Assembly (NCBI GenBank): GCA_950097015.1
Contig: CATNEN010000003.1
Location: 8,432,001-8,496,000, forward strand
Reading direction: 5' to 3'
DNA length: 64,000 bases
DNA from: Macrostomum hystrix
Taxonomy: Eukaryota; Animalia; Platyhelminthes
The translations under genes were made by a program, and so were the position numbers. Each line of letters starts with the position of its first letter. Position 1 is the stretch's first letter. Of this stretch, positions 51,870 to 64,000 are shown one piece after another. A model generated the notes under the pieces. It made no database searches and was not told the origin of the DNA. It worked only from the letters and a program-made list of their open reading frames with translations.

Positions 51870-54719
51870 CTAGTACATGATGCTGCCTAAATCTCTAGGT
51901 CCTCGACCATCGTTTTCATCGCCACTGTCTTCATAATCGTTTCTTCTCTTAGCAGAGTTGTGCTCAGCTTTATTGCTGCTACCGGCCCGACTGTCACCAC
52001 GCGGCTCTCTCTTTGCAGCCGAAGAGGCCCTGGACCGGCCGCTGGCAGAGCGACCTCTCGGCTGCTGTCCGGAGCCGGCCTCGGACACTCGCACCGTTGA
52101 TTTCTCGTCGTATGGATCGTCAACTTCATTGTCTTGTCGCGTGCGTGAGCGGCCGCTTCCTCGCGATCGGGCGCTTTGAAGCCGCTTCGTCGACGACTCT
52201 TCAGAGGCCGCTGTTGTCTCCTTTGGCGTCGGAGATTTACTAGTCGGCTGCTCTGCTGGTACCTGATCCCTGTCCTGTTGACTTCGAGCAGTTAGCGATC
52301 GTGAACTATTTCTCGGCGTTGTTGGGGCAGACGGTTTTGCGGCTCCAGACTGTGGAGCGGCTTGTCGTCTACCGGAGTCCTTAGCAGTGCGACGTCGATT
52401 CTCTACGTCGTCGACTGACTCGCGTTCTGTGGACTCTTCGCGACTACTTTTTAGCTTTCTGTAAATAGTTGTTATTTAATACGGGGCTGTAAATCTATTT
52501 TAGGGACCAAAGTAATTAAGCTACAACTGTGAAAATTATGAAAAACTCACCCCGAACGCCAAATTTTAGGATTAGTCTCAAATAGTCGCTTGTGATTACC
52601 GTAGATCCAATCGGTGTATCGCCGGCGACTGTCGTTTCTTCCACCGCCTGTGTGTTTGCAAAACAGCTGTGTTTTTTGTGCAAAAAATTAAAGTGTACTT
52701 AAATTATCGTATTAAAGTTTCCAAAGTTTCCAAACTGGTTTACAAACTTTACGTCAAATCATCTTCTAAATCCTTCATCTCTAATTGCCAAAGTAAAAAT
52801 ACCAGATAGAATGAAAGCTGTCACAACCAAAACCTTTCAGAAGCTCGTTCATCAAAAGTCCATAGTAGCTGTTGCTAAGCGACCGCTTGGTGTCATCCAG
52901 ACTGTAGATCTGAGCTATGGAGTGGAGATAGCGGCGTTGGCCACTGTTCAAGTCCGGGTGACTGAGATCTGGAACTCGAGCCAGCGTGCCCTTAGGCACT
53001 GGAAAGCTTGACGGGATTCGTTGAGGCGGTTCCAGACAGGCAGGTAAGAGACCCGGTTGCCAGGTGTGCCTGCTACTGCGGGATCCTGCGTTTAAAAAGC
53101 GATTATGATAGTTAAGTTTAATTATAACAATAATATTTTTGTTATAATGCCCCAATAGGTCCAGATTTGCAGCCGAAAGCGCGTCGGAAGGCTGCATCAT
53201 GCAGCTGTTCAGTCCATGGACAGGAGCGCGACACACCTACCCTGAAAACCCCCAAACCCACTCTCAACTACCCCAGCTGATGCTGGTGCCCATTTGACAG
53301 CTGGGTGAACTGAAACAATGCAGAGTTAATAATTTGGGTAGTCTCCAATAAGTACTTCGTACGAGTCTCTAATATGTGGCTTCAAACCACAGTAACATAC
53401 AATGGCTCCCAACAACAGTACACACAATGGCTTCAAACCACAGTAACATACAATGGCTCCCAACAACAGTACACACAATGGCTTCAAACCACAGTAAAAC
53501 ACAATGGCTCCCAACAACAGTACACACAATGGCTTCAAACCACAGTAACACACAATGGCTCCCAACAACAGTACACACAATGGCTTCAAACCGTACAGTA
53601 CACACAATGGCTCCCAACAACAGTACACACAATGGCTTCAAACCGTACAGTACACACAATGGCTCCCAACAACAGTACACACAATGGCTTCAAACCACAG
53701 TACACACAATGGCTTCAAACCACAGTACACACAATGGTTTCAAACCACAGTACACACAATGGCTTCAAACACCATGAGTACTCACAATGGCTCCAAACAA
53801 CAGCCAGTACACACAATGGGTCCAAACCACAGCCAGTACACACAATGGGTCCAAACAACAGCCAGTACACACAATGGCTCCAAACAACAGCCAGTACACA
53901 CAATGGCTCCAAACAACAGCCAGTACACACAATGGGTCCAAACCACAGCCAGTACACACAATGGGTCCAAACAACAGCCAGTACACACAATGGCTCCAAA
54001 CAACAGCCAGTACACACAATGGGTCCAAACCACAGTACACACAATGGCTCCCAACAACAGTACACACAATGGCTTCAAACCACAGTAACATACATGGCTC
54101 CAAACAACAGCCAGTACACACAATGGGTCCAAACCACAGTACACACAATGGCTCCCAACAACAGTACACACAATGGCTTCAAACAACAGTACACACAATG
54201 GCTTCAAACCACAGTAACACACATGGCTCCCAACAACAGTACACACAATGGCTTCAAACAACAGTACACACAATGGGTCCAAACCACAGCCAGTACACAC
54301 AATGGGTCCAAACCACAGTACACACAATGGCTCCCAACAACAGTACACACAATGGCTTCAAACCACAGTACACACAATGGCTCCCAACAACAGTACACAC
54401 AATGGCTTCAAACCACAGTACACACAATGGCTCCCAACTACAGTACAAACAACCTGCCTGGTGTATGAGGCATCAGAGTTGCCGCGTTGTCATAGTTACA
54501 GAAGGACGCCGAGATCCACTCGACTCTACTCTCCTTACTGCCTCGAAGCAGCGGTGGTTGATCTGAAAGTTAGGAATTTGGCAATAAATAAAACAAACTA
54601 TACTCACTGGCGGAACCTCTGGTTGTGCTGAGAGCAGCCAGAAGGTCGTGGAATTCGTCGCGATCGCCAGTCTCCGATCGACGAGAATGACTGCGACCTT
54701 CACGCCTGCTGTCGGACAT
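51870..54719 (-). CDS. FAM216-like protein (exons 54719-54608, 54562-54458, 53085-52834, 52647-52551, 52458-51887 or 51870)
   Basis: IPSSFPVPKG...LSHPDLNSGQRRYLHSIAQIYS resembles the FAM216 motif; phases match across splice sites; frame of the last ~120 codons is ambiguous. Confidence 0.65.
53130..53330 (-). mobile_element. SINE family B, 3' part
   Basis: Reverse complement shares tgcattgtttcagttcacccagctgtcaaatggg and gtccatggactgaacagc with 29005 copy. Confidence 0.7.
53375..54445 (+). repeat. Complex 23-28-bp minisatellite in a FAM216-like intron
   Basis: Units cagtacacacaatggcttcaaacca / ggctcccaacaa / gggtccaaacaacagc. Confidence 0.95.
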
Positions 54720-55356
54720 TGTTGGCCTGATACTTTTAATTTCTCTGTCTACGTACCTGCTTTGCAATACCTTCACTGACGACAGTATAGCATGAGGGTA
54801 AAGACAACAAACTGCTCAGGTCTCTTTCATTTATTTAACCATCTACCCACCTCATAACTCATGCGGAGGCTAGCTGTCTACCTTCAAACCTCGACCTGGC
54901 CCGGTAGTGTACAGGTCCCTCTCGTTTTCGCTTATTCTCTATCTTTAAGCCTTCCCCGTCTACCCCGCCATATTGTTTGTTAAAGCACACAATTAGTAAC
55001 GCGCTGTACAACTATATTTAGCCTCTGCTGTTAGATTTTTCGTCCCTTGAGAAATAGCAGTATAGCAGTTCACTCAGAGTCGGTTCGGTCGACATAACAG
55101 ACAATAAGGTTCTTCTTTAAAACACCAATGGGTAATTAGTAGAGGCAGTCTTATTTCGCCATCGCCGGTGCTTCAAGATTCAAACACCGTTACCAAGTAG
55201 GAAAATTAGACTAGTTTAATTGATTATATTTAAATTGAACTTGATATTCTGAGCACATGTAAAACCCTACATTTGTACACCCTATTAAATGAATAGTTTC
55301 GAAACAAACGATCTATAAAGACAAAATATCTAAGTCTTACTTTTTGTACTAGTCTA

Positions 55357-55710
55357 GGGGGCAAGTGGCAGAGCGGTTAACGCGTTTGCCTCTCGCACCA
55401 AGGTCCCTGAGCTCGATTCCGCGGCGAGGCCACATTCATTTGAGGCGCAGTCGCGGAGAGAAGGCTTGGGGGCTTGTCGTGCAATTTACGCCCTTGAGGG
55501 CCAACCTCCAAGGCACAGTGAGATTGTATCCTACCTGACGACGAGAAAGTCATGGCAGGTGTACACACCTGTGTGAGCGTGTGCCTGCGTACAGTATTTG
55601 CGTGCGTATGTGCTCAGGAGTCAGCGAAATGGGCAGAATTGCCTCCTCGCTGGCTGCGGGTCCATAGCCAGCAGCCCGCCCTCCTGCAATTATTATTATT
55701 ATTATCATTT
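55357..55710 (+). mobile_element. SINE family A, full-length copy
   Basis: A box tggcagagcgg, B box gctcgattcc, (ATT)n tail, flanked by direct repeat TGTACTAGTCT (55345-55355, 55713-55723). Confidence 0.85.
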
Positions 55711-56934
55711 TCTGTACTAGTCTTTCAGAGCCTAAATAGATTAATTTTCAAAACGTACTTGAAATATCGTGCTCAAACTTTGGCTCAAATTTTGACTGAC
55801 ACATAAAAATTTTTACGAGCGCATGAGGTTATGGGCCTTGCATGGTTTTGCTGAAAAAGTGATTTGAATTCTGTCTGTTACTGGACTACTAAAAAACTAT
55901 TTCTGAAGGAGCTCTTCCGCTTACACGAAGAATAATTTCAATTGAATTAATCTCTTGCCTAGTGTAAGAGCTGATCTATAAATCCATTCAGGCGACATTT
56001 CCGTTTTGTGAGAAATCACAGTCAGTCATTATTGTTCCCTCCACTGTGTGACAAGTGAGAGTTAACTTCAGCCTTAAGTGGACCCAAGACCAGAGAGTCC
56101 ATTGTGTCACAATGAACACATTCTATAGGCACACTATTGTAGAATAAAAGTATTTTATTAGTGACAATTCATACTTACTTGACGCTTTATGCTGATGTAT
56201 TTTTAGTTTTGCATGTCTGGGACTGAAACAAAGAGTGTAAATCAATTATTTTACGAAATAAACAACACAGACTGTAATTAAGTTGGGCCTGATGTACAGG
56301 TGTTCAGTACATCGACAAGGGAGAGGGCAAAGTGACCCTTAATTAGAAAAATTTCTAGCCGAACGAACTCGTATTTTTTTATAGCTGAGTGACCAAAAAC
56401 AATTTAAAATTGAGTGGTCTTGCTTGCTCCAGGAACAAAGACACAAGAGCACCAGGTTGAGATTCGAGCCTTAGGCCCAAGCTACAAACCAAGCGACCCT
56501 AAACGCTTACGCTTAAAAACGAAATTAACATTTACCTGTAGCTACGTAAAGATTGATTTTGCCCATGACACTTAATGTCAAATGATTTCGGATTTCTTTT
56601 CTGTAATTTAAAGTACAAAGTTGATTTCACATCCTCACAAAAAACACGAGCAACTTCAATCCATACCCAAGGAGATAATACTCACCGATAAGCTGACTTC
56701 CTCAGCAGTATCGTCACCACTGGCAGCTGATGGAACCGAAATCAGCAAGTTTTGATGCTGAGACATATTGAAATAAAAATAAAATTCTTTGCGATGTTAG
56801 AAACTCAAAAAGTAAACTACGAGCGTACTAAGACAAATTTGATTTCATAGAAATTTGAGTTTATTCAAATTCATTCTTCCCGCAATCCCGATTGGCCACA
56901 GAAGAAGACGAATCATGAATAAGAAAGAGATATG

Positions 56935-57086
56935 GTGAAGGTGAAAGGTAAACTGAAGCAATGCAGATTTAATTACCTTGCTAAAGGAAAAATAGTTCCG
57001 GTGAAGTGGGGAATCGAAACCCCGACCTTTAAGTCGTAAGTCAGATGCTCTTATTTGTTTTACACTCTTGTGATGCACAAGCCCCT
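56935..57086 (-). mobile_element. SINE family B, 5' part
   Basis: Reverse complement ggggcttgtg...tctgacttacgacttaaaggtcggggtttcgattccc...tgcattgcttcagttt matches 29005 copy. Confidence 0.75.
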
Positions 57087-57849
57087 AAAAGCGATATCAT
57101 TTCTAAAGAGCGAGCTATATTGGCTCAGTTACTACGTTTTGCCAGCAAAGTTTAAATAAAGACTTTTATCAGAATACAACTTCGCAACCTTCGTAATATT
57201 TTTGAAACGTACGATGCGTTTAAAAAGTTCTGCAAAAAACAAAAAAAATTTAACACTGAGTTTTTGTCCTTGAACCAGTAAATACATCATCATTGTGAGC
57301 AGAACTTTCTCGCCAAAACAAGCCCTTGGCTTTGGCCGGTGGTGGTCGAGATTGCTGTAGAACGCCGAGTCGTGGACGCTGACAACTACGCTGGAGCAGC
57401 TGCTGGACTCGGCGCACTCGGAGCTGCTGCGCGCAGCCTTCCAAGCTGACGAGAGCGTCGGGTCACAGGCTCCGTACGAGAGAGCCAAGATGCAACGCGG
57501 TAACGCCAGTTCACCATGCTGCGCCAGCCGTGACTTCGACTAGCGGGCCATGCGATTCGAACCAACCTGTCGAGGACGTCCTGCAGCTCATCTTTCAGCG
57601 CCCGTCCGCTACGTCGACTGACTGCTCAGCGACACCGGGCCGAAGCGCACGAGTGCCATAGATATTTCCGCATGCAAAAGCGTTGTATTAGGCCCATTAT
57701 TATCCGGCCAATAATACGTGGAAAAAAGCCATACACAACTCGCGCGACATTACACCGCGTACGGGGCGGACTTTGTTCGCACACAGGCTCTGCGGTGCGC
57801 CATCTGACGCTGCCTCCCTGACTTTTGGAGCTTGCATCCTTTGATGTTT

Positions 57850-58260
57850 TTGTTGTTGTTGTCGCTATAGCCAGGTGGCTTTCAGTCCGGGCACCAGCAA
57901 ACCAACGGCTCTATACTCGGCCTCCAAACCAGAGCAAGACATTTGAAACTGGATCAATCGAACATCAAGTCGACGTGGATAATCTCCTGAAAGTGAGTCA
58001 CATCAGCAGGTCATGATCTGCAGGCCGCTATTTAGCTCGCAAAATTCAGAAAACCAGTCTCCAGTGCCTGAGTACAGCTTGTCCTTCACTCCGGTCGTCT
58101 CCGTAGCCAGTCGGACACAGCTGGCCAGCCTCGAGTCCCGGCTTCACAAACACCTGGCCTCTCCTGGAGCAGCTGCAGTCCCTCACCGACTTGCTGCTAT
58201 TGTCGAACACAAACAGCTGACATCATGGACCGTGATGGTTAAGGCACTTGTCACAACGGC
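57850..58260 (-). pseudogene. PAN plus C-type-lectin-like pseudogene
   Basis: Reverse frames give CDKCLNHHGP*CQLFVFDNSSK (PAN-like), then TGDWFSEFCELNSG / ADVTHFQEIIHV / VLLWFGGR (CTL-like), with stops and frameshifts. Confidence 0.4.
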
Positions 58261-59178
58261 ACTGATCTGATCAGATAGTTCCAAATTTCACGATTTACTA
58301 CATTTTCGCATGACTGGCGGTTGAGCAGAGAAATCCTTCGTTAGCATAATTTCGACAAAAAGCGTTCTTTATCATTACGAAGCGAGTGTCTTTATCAATA
58401 GGCAAGTCCTTCATTTTATAGTTCATAGCTTTTTGAATTCATCTAGTGTCTTACGAGTATAGCCTTGTAGCTTTGTACAGAGCTGATGAGTTGTCCGATA
58501 ATTATCAGAGGACCACATTAGCCATCAGTTGAGGCATGAGATTTGAAAAGAATAGAAACGCATATAGGCACATCTTAGCACCCGTTAGTCACCCCCGTTT
58601 AACCCGTTAAGATTGCGTATTGTGTTGGCATTAAACTTAGATGTCATTACGACTTAGACACTACTTAGAAGTAGCAATGTCTGATCATCGCTTAAGTTAA
58701 CGTCAATAACTGTCTTTTTTCTAAAAGTCCAAAGATTCTCTGTAGGAAGCCAACAAAATGCTGTAGCGCCCTTTTGGCCCTTTGAACCTTTGTATTTAGC
58801 GTATTTTTGTCGCTTAATCACAGGTACAGATGGGTTGGCATCTGGACCAGATGTTTGATTCCTGAACGGGTCTATTTTACTTTTATTGCCCTGACAGTGA
58901 GGCAAGTCAGCAGAATGACTAATTTACACCGCCTCAGTGTTTAGCAAACCAGCTTAGAAAATTGGCGATTTTGACAGCTTCACGTTTTTACTAAATACAA
59001 GTATATCGTCAACTCAAACTTCTTAGAGTGTTTGCTGTAAGATGTGTCAATTCTGCGGCATACTGGATTGGTGGGAAGTATACAACAGTTGGCATACATG
59101 CTTTTCCCATAAAACTGCAATATTATTCTTTTCCCTCCTTCAAACCTACAACGAAAAAAGCTATATCGCTCGTTAGCT

Positions 59179-59886
59179 ATGACATTTAGAGAGGCTAAAC
59201 GTCAGATTATTATAATATCTGTACTGTTCACCCTTGCAACTGCAGCCTGCGTCAGTCCATTCACAGACAGGCTCGGTAGCTGCATCTACATCGGCAATGA
59301 GTCGAGCGTCTCAAGCTGGTGCGACGCAGCCAGACGGTGTCGGGATGTGAACGGGGAGCTGCTGATAGACCTGACTGCCATCCGAGCTGTGAACCACTGG
59401 ATCGACTTTTATTATATCGGAGTGACGGACCTCCTAGTTGAGGCTGGGACGTCTCGGGCTGGTTGGAGATTTGCCAACGGCACCCTGTTTCCTGAGCTCA
59501 ACAGCACTGACTGGGCGTCCACTATGCCAAACTCAGGCAGCACGGATGACGACTTTCTTGCAGTCAGTGTTGCTGGCTTCCGAGACAGAAAGCCTGCTTC
59601 TAAAACTGGATTCATCTGCCAGCCCACGGTGACACCGAACAAGCACTACTTTGTGAGAACGGAATTTCTGAAGCTGGGCAACATCAGCACCGCCTACTGC
59701 TTTACTGACGCCTCTGCGAGCTCTGAGCCGCACTGCCTGTGGCTCTGTGTGCAGCGCTGGGAGTGTCGCGCCGCCCTGTTCAACCGTGTCAGTCACGACT
59801 GTCGCATGCTGGACTTCGCCGACGCCAGCGTTGGTGACGTCATCGAGGCCGACCCGAGCTGGGCCAAGTTCGTCAAGGAGTACTGA
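59179..59886 (+). CDS. Secreted C-type lectin plus PAN/apple domain protein
   Basis: Signal peptide; SWCDAARRCRDVNGEL, YYIGVTD...GWRFANG, GFICQ (CTLD); HCLWLCVQRWECRAALFNRVSHDCRML (PAN). Confidence 0.85.
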   Translation: MTFREAKRQIIIISVLFTLATAACVSPFTDRLGSCIYIGNESSVSSWCDAARRCRDVNGELLIDLTAIRAVNHWIDFYYIGVTDLLVEAGTSRAGWRFANGTLFPELNSTDWASTMPNSGSTDDDFLAVSVAGFRDRKPASKTGFICQPTVTPNKHYFVRTEFLKLGNISTAYCFTDASASSEPHCLWLCVQRWECRAALFNRVSHDCRMLDFADASVGDVIEADPSWAKFVKEY

Positions 59887-61056
59887 CATTCTCTCTGGCG
59901 TGAAGCAACTCATTATTTGACTTTAGGACCTTCTTCAGTTAGATTTATTTAGATTTGCCTAGAAAACAAAGGCATTCAAAGTCTTTTAATACTCAAAAAA
60001 GTTTACCTTAATTGTTTGTGACTGGATAGTAAAAATTTCATTAGACCCGTGAAGTCAAAAGTGCAGTTCTCACAAATTCTTACTTTGTATTTTTGCGAAA
60101 AAAATCGTTGGGGCATTCGTTGACTGCTAATAGAGTGCATTTTAATCTTCTAAAAATGAAACTAACTTTAGTTCGCTGCTATAGGGGAGGCATTGCCTGC
60201 AGTGGGGACATTTGTTCTCTGTTGCTTCGGGGACATTGGTTCTCTGTTGCTGCGGGGACATTGGTGCTGGGCCCAATGCTGGGCCCGGGCATTAGTTCTG
60301 TTGCTGGGGCGACCTAAGTTCACTGCTGCTAATGGGGCATTTTTTCTCTGCTATGGGTGTTTGCTAATCTGAAGGAGTTACTACTGAAGGAGATTATGTT
60401 TGGGCCAGCCGGAGGAAGGCTAAATGGCTAGTCATGTTCTGACACGACTACCGTGTGGCAGTGTCTATCTAACAATTCAAGTGAAGTTACAAGTTACGAT
60501 TTGCATTTTAGAAGAACTATACTGGTACCAATACCCCCACCAAGATTTGGCGTCTTCGAGTCTATTGAGGTTGAGTCTGTCTTTATCATCGCCCCATTTT
60601 CATCGTTTTATTTCTGGGCGTCGTGAGGATTATCAAGCCAAGTGATATCAATCAGCTCTGTGTAGTGAGCCACGGCTTAGCGTCCTATTGGTGTCTCACT
60701 AGCTGTCAGTAGCCCCACCTGCAAGGTAGCTTAGGTGTCCCATTTGCTGGCATTGAGTGGCTGCCCGGCAAGCTAAGTTTTGGCTAAATCCCGAAACTAA
60801 CTTAGCCTCCCACCACCACCCGAGCTACGCAGGACTCTGACAGCCTTTAACTGCGACTGGAACTCTGCACAGTGTGCTTCTTAAGACTTCGTGACTTCAT
60901 CTCTTTCGGGCCAAGGATCCTTCACCTCACCGAAGGCAGAAGTCCTGACGCCCTGGTGGCAGCGCTACTACTACACTACCTAGAAATCTTGGACTTCATA
61001 TTAGAGTTCGCCGGATCCCGCATTGTTAGCAGGAGGACCGGTACAACATCGCTGCT

Positions 61057-62269
61057 TCAAACTCCATCCTCAATCAGCAGCATCAGCCGAATGGCCTGCA
61101 GAGCTTTATAGCTGTCTGAGCAGTTCCACACAACGTTTGGCGCGCCCTCGACAGCCGAGTGGAAGTACAAACCATTCGGGTTAGACCTGAGGCACGCGCT
61201 GAACCACCAGCCGCCTCGGCCGCGGATCAGGGAGCAAGACTCGGCGGCGTGCGCGTCGTTGTCTCTGTCTAGCGTTGAAAACATTCGACCATTGTGGGCG
61301 CTGAGCGAGTCGCAGGTTGTATTCGAACTGTTAGCCAAGTAGGAACTATAGGTCATTCTGTAGTTTGTGTCAGCACTGGCCACACTGAATCCAGAGTACT
61401 CGCAAATGTACAGGACATTGGACCACGAGAGGGCCTCAACGCGGAGTAGTTTCGGTGAACTATTAGTCAGCTCGTGGATGGCGTCCAGACCTTGAATTCG
61501 AGGAATTATGGAAAAGCATGTTTTTTTTCGATACTACATACTGCAGATATAGATCATTGAATTTAATGGCACCCTAACGCACCAATCCAGAAGTTGATTT
61601 CGTCGCCAAACCCGACTTGGTACTCGGCCCAATTGCGATCAAATCTCACACTGCCCGATTGACGCTGTTGGATAACGCGGAATTTTCTGCTTCCAATTTG
61701 CTTGTGAATGATTGCGGCTGCAAGATAATGCGAAAGGCAGAAGCAGAATGGTACTAGCCTGAAGTATATAATGTGCATGGTATAGGTAAGGTGTGTATAA
61801 GGTTCCGCGGAGGAAGGCTTACTGAATGGCTGCAGTTGTCTGCGATATACAGAGCTGCCTGAAGCCAGATTGCTGAAGTTCGCATCCGAAGCCAACCAGC
61901 AGAGTTGCCAGTCGGCAGAGAAGGCAACGACTGCACAGCTGGTGAAGTCCATGGAGGCGCACTTCATAGCGCAGTCGACCTCAGTGCGGCCAGGTAGGGT
62001 CCACGTCAAGGCCGGATTATTATAGACCGATGGTAAAGAAGGCCCAGACAGGAACACTGTGGAGTGATTACAGTTTTACGTAAAATCGATACCATAAAAC
62101 CTATAGTGTAGTGTGTGCTCAGGAGTCAGCGGAATGGGCAGAATTGCCTCCCGCTGTTTGCAGGTTATTGTTAATAAAGTTATCGAAAAATCTCACGTGT
62201 GGCACAGACGTTCAGGATTGCAACAGCACATACAATGGCTGTTACGAACACGGTAGTTCCGCGAAGCAT
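61057..62269 (-). CDS. Secreted PAN/apple plus fibrinogen-related domain protein (exons 62269-62197, 62056-61823, 61717-61583, 61490-61057)
   Basis: Signal-peptide exon MLRGTTVFVTAIVCAVAILNVCAT; DCAMKCASMDFTSCAVVAFSADWQLCWL (PAN); VIQQRQSGSVRFDRNWAEYQVGFG...FWIGLDAIH, HNGRMFSTLDRDND, GGWWFSACLRSNPNG (FBG); all phase-1 GT-AG introns. Confidence 0.9.
62109..62153 (+). mobile_element. SINE family A fragment in the fibrinogen-related gene intron
   Basis: gtgtgtgctcaggagtcagcggaatgggcagaattgcctcc matches the family A body. Confidence 0.65.
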
Positions 62270-62869
62270 ATCAAGATACACGTATTCGTATTCGAGCAGT
62301 GATAGACGGACACCTAGGACCAACCTTGCTCTTTTTATGTCTGCTGCTTCTCAAATAAATTAGCAGGAAAGCTATGCTTGTCCTCGCAGAAAATCATTAA
62401 TTTGTGGATATTCTTCAAGAGGCATATTGCAGTGTTTGCTTTCAACAAAAACTGGAGTGACGTACTAGACAAAAATTGAATGCGAACGATGCGTTATTGA
62501 AGTGCGGGAATTATATCCACGCTAATTAAACTTGAATACAGTCAGTTAGTTGAGACGACTAGATCCACTTCCCTCGCTGCTATAGAACTCAATTATCCAG
62601 ATCATAATTTGGCAAGCTTAACAAGCTGTCTAACTCGAGACAGACGTCGGACCATTGACCCGAGACCCACTCATTCATCATGTCAATTCTAAAATCTGAT
62701 GAAAAGCTTTCATACGCTGCTCTGAAAAGGATAGTCTGAGGTGCAAGTTAAAATTAGTCGCCACGCATAAGTATCGCTTGTTAGCTATCATGGTCTGCTA
62801 ACACGTTTACACATAAAACGTATTCTTTATTACACAATTAGTTTCTCAGTTCGATACCCGTTGGAGACA

Positions 62870-63510
62870 AAGGACACAGAACTCAAGCAAGCTAAGTCAC
62901 TTCTATTACTCCTTTAAGCAATATTATTCGGACGAAAAATATTTACAACAAATATGCAAACCGGAGTTGAGACGCACCATATCCTCGTTTAGACTTGGAA
63001 ACCATAAGCTTGCGAAACATTGCGAACTGCGAAAATTCCGTATGAGAATATATTATGTAGTAAGTGCAAAACGGAAGTTGAAAACGAGGTCCACTTCCTT
63101 TTTAAGTGCAGTTGGAATATGTATAGCGCCGCACGTTCGAATTTTGAAAATAACATTTCTGGGAAAACTCCCAATTTCGCACCCTTAACAGCAGAAGAGA
63201 AATCTAACTGACATAATGGCACAATACGAAAGGGAAACCACTGAAGCTTTAGCGAAGTACATCATAGAAATCTCGAAAATAATTAAGGGAACAGCTGCCC
63301 TAAAAAGCTTCGAGCTCGTGTTAACATTTAACAATATTTACATTTATTTTTTTATTCCTGGTGTCCCTTGTGTTTTTATTGTTTTTATTTTTAATACATT
63401 TGCTTTTCCCTTCCCAGCTCGTCCAAAATTCCTATATTCCTACAATACTTTGCTTTTTATGTTTTTGTTGTCGAGTAAAATATTGTGAAATATATATATA
63501 AAAGAAAAAA
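62870..63510 (+). mobile_element. 3' fragment of a non-LTR retrotransposon
   Basis: RRTISSFRLGNHKL / IPYENILCSKCKTEVENEVHFLFKC is the post-RT CCHC region of LINE ORF2 proteins; frameshifted; ends in (TA)n/A-rich tail. Confidence 0.7.
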
Positions 63511-64000
63511 TCAGCACCCATAGATGGCTTGCGCGTTTTATTAATAATTAATAATAACATAAATTAAAAAAACAGCTGAACTCAATCGAGTCGGCAGTAT
63601 GCACGTATGTTCGATGTATTCGATGTATAGTATCACTATAAAGTACTTTGCATCACTTGACAGAAATGTTTTCGAGAATGCATAGTCTTTGGACAAAACC
63701 ATCTACGAGTCATGACTAAAATTATGGTCTTACCCACAGACAACTGTAACTTATCCATATCGCATCCATAACTTAGTCTGAGCGTGCAGTAATACACCAT
63801 AGACTCAAAATGTCTATGGCCTATTGTCTATGGGCGCACTCGTGGACTAGACATTGAAGCACTCAAACCGACTGTTATACCCCTCATTCTCTCGTAACAT
63901 ATATTGAACCTTTTAATAATTTTTATGGGACACTGGAACTGCTACACACAATCTTGTTTTCGAACTTTTCAACACTTCTAAAAATGTACCATACTTTAAG

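Noticed and set aside
53326-54631. Many overlapping repetitive ORFs
   Set aside because: Artefacts of an intronic minisatellite inside the FAM216-like gene.
60661-60780. Possible HDV-like ribozyme near a LINE-like remnant (60400-60450)
   Set aside because: No G1, no P1.1, non-consensus L3 and J4/2; an 11-bp simple hairpin explains the pairing.

Overview
Eukaryotic, intron-containing, minisatellite-rich animal DNA. Gene style, short introns and repeat load suggest a free-living flatworm such as Macrostomum, but this is inference only. Host genes on the + strand: a 5-exon JNK MAP kinase, an intronless class A GPCR and a secreted C-type lectin-PAN gene. Host genes on the - strand: two tRNA-Trp(CCA) genes, a run of FAM216-like, small C2H2 zinc-finger, MTERF3 and glycerol kinase genes, and a secreted PAN-fibrinogen gene. 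The ZF, MTERF3 and GK genes show operon-like ~100-nt AATAAA-to-AG spacers. The highlight is the 14.7-kb JNK intron 4, where a GC-box/CCAAT minisatellite is split by nested mobile elements. The outer element (6759-19562) is a degenerate zinc-finger plus tyrosine-recombinase (Crypton-like) element whose junctions show a 6-bp coupling-sequence signature instead of a target-site duplication. Inside it lies a 9.1-kb CACTA/EnSpm element (10072-19162) carrying a transposase and a spliced BEN-domain-like accessory gene, and that gene is itself disrupted by a 1.17-kb hAT derivative (15554-16720). Large tandem arrays and two tRNA-derived SINE families make up much of the remainder. All coordinates and exon models were read by eye.
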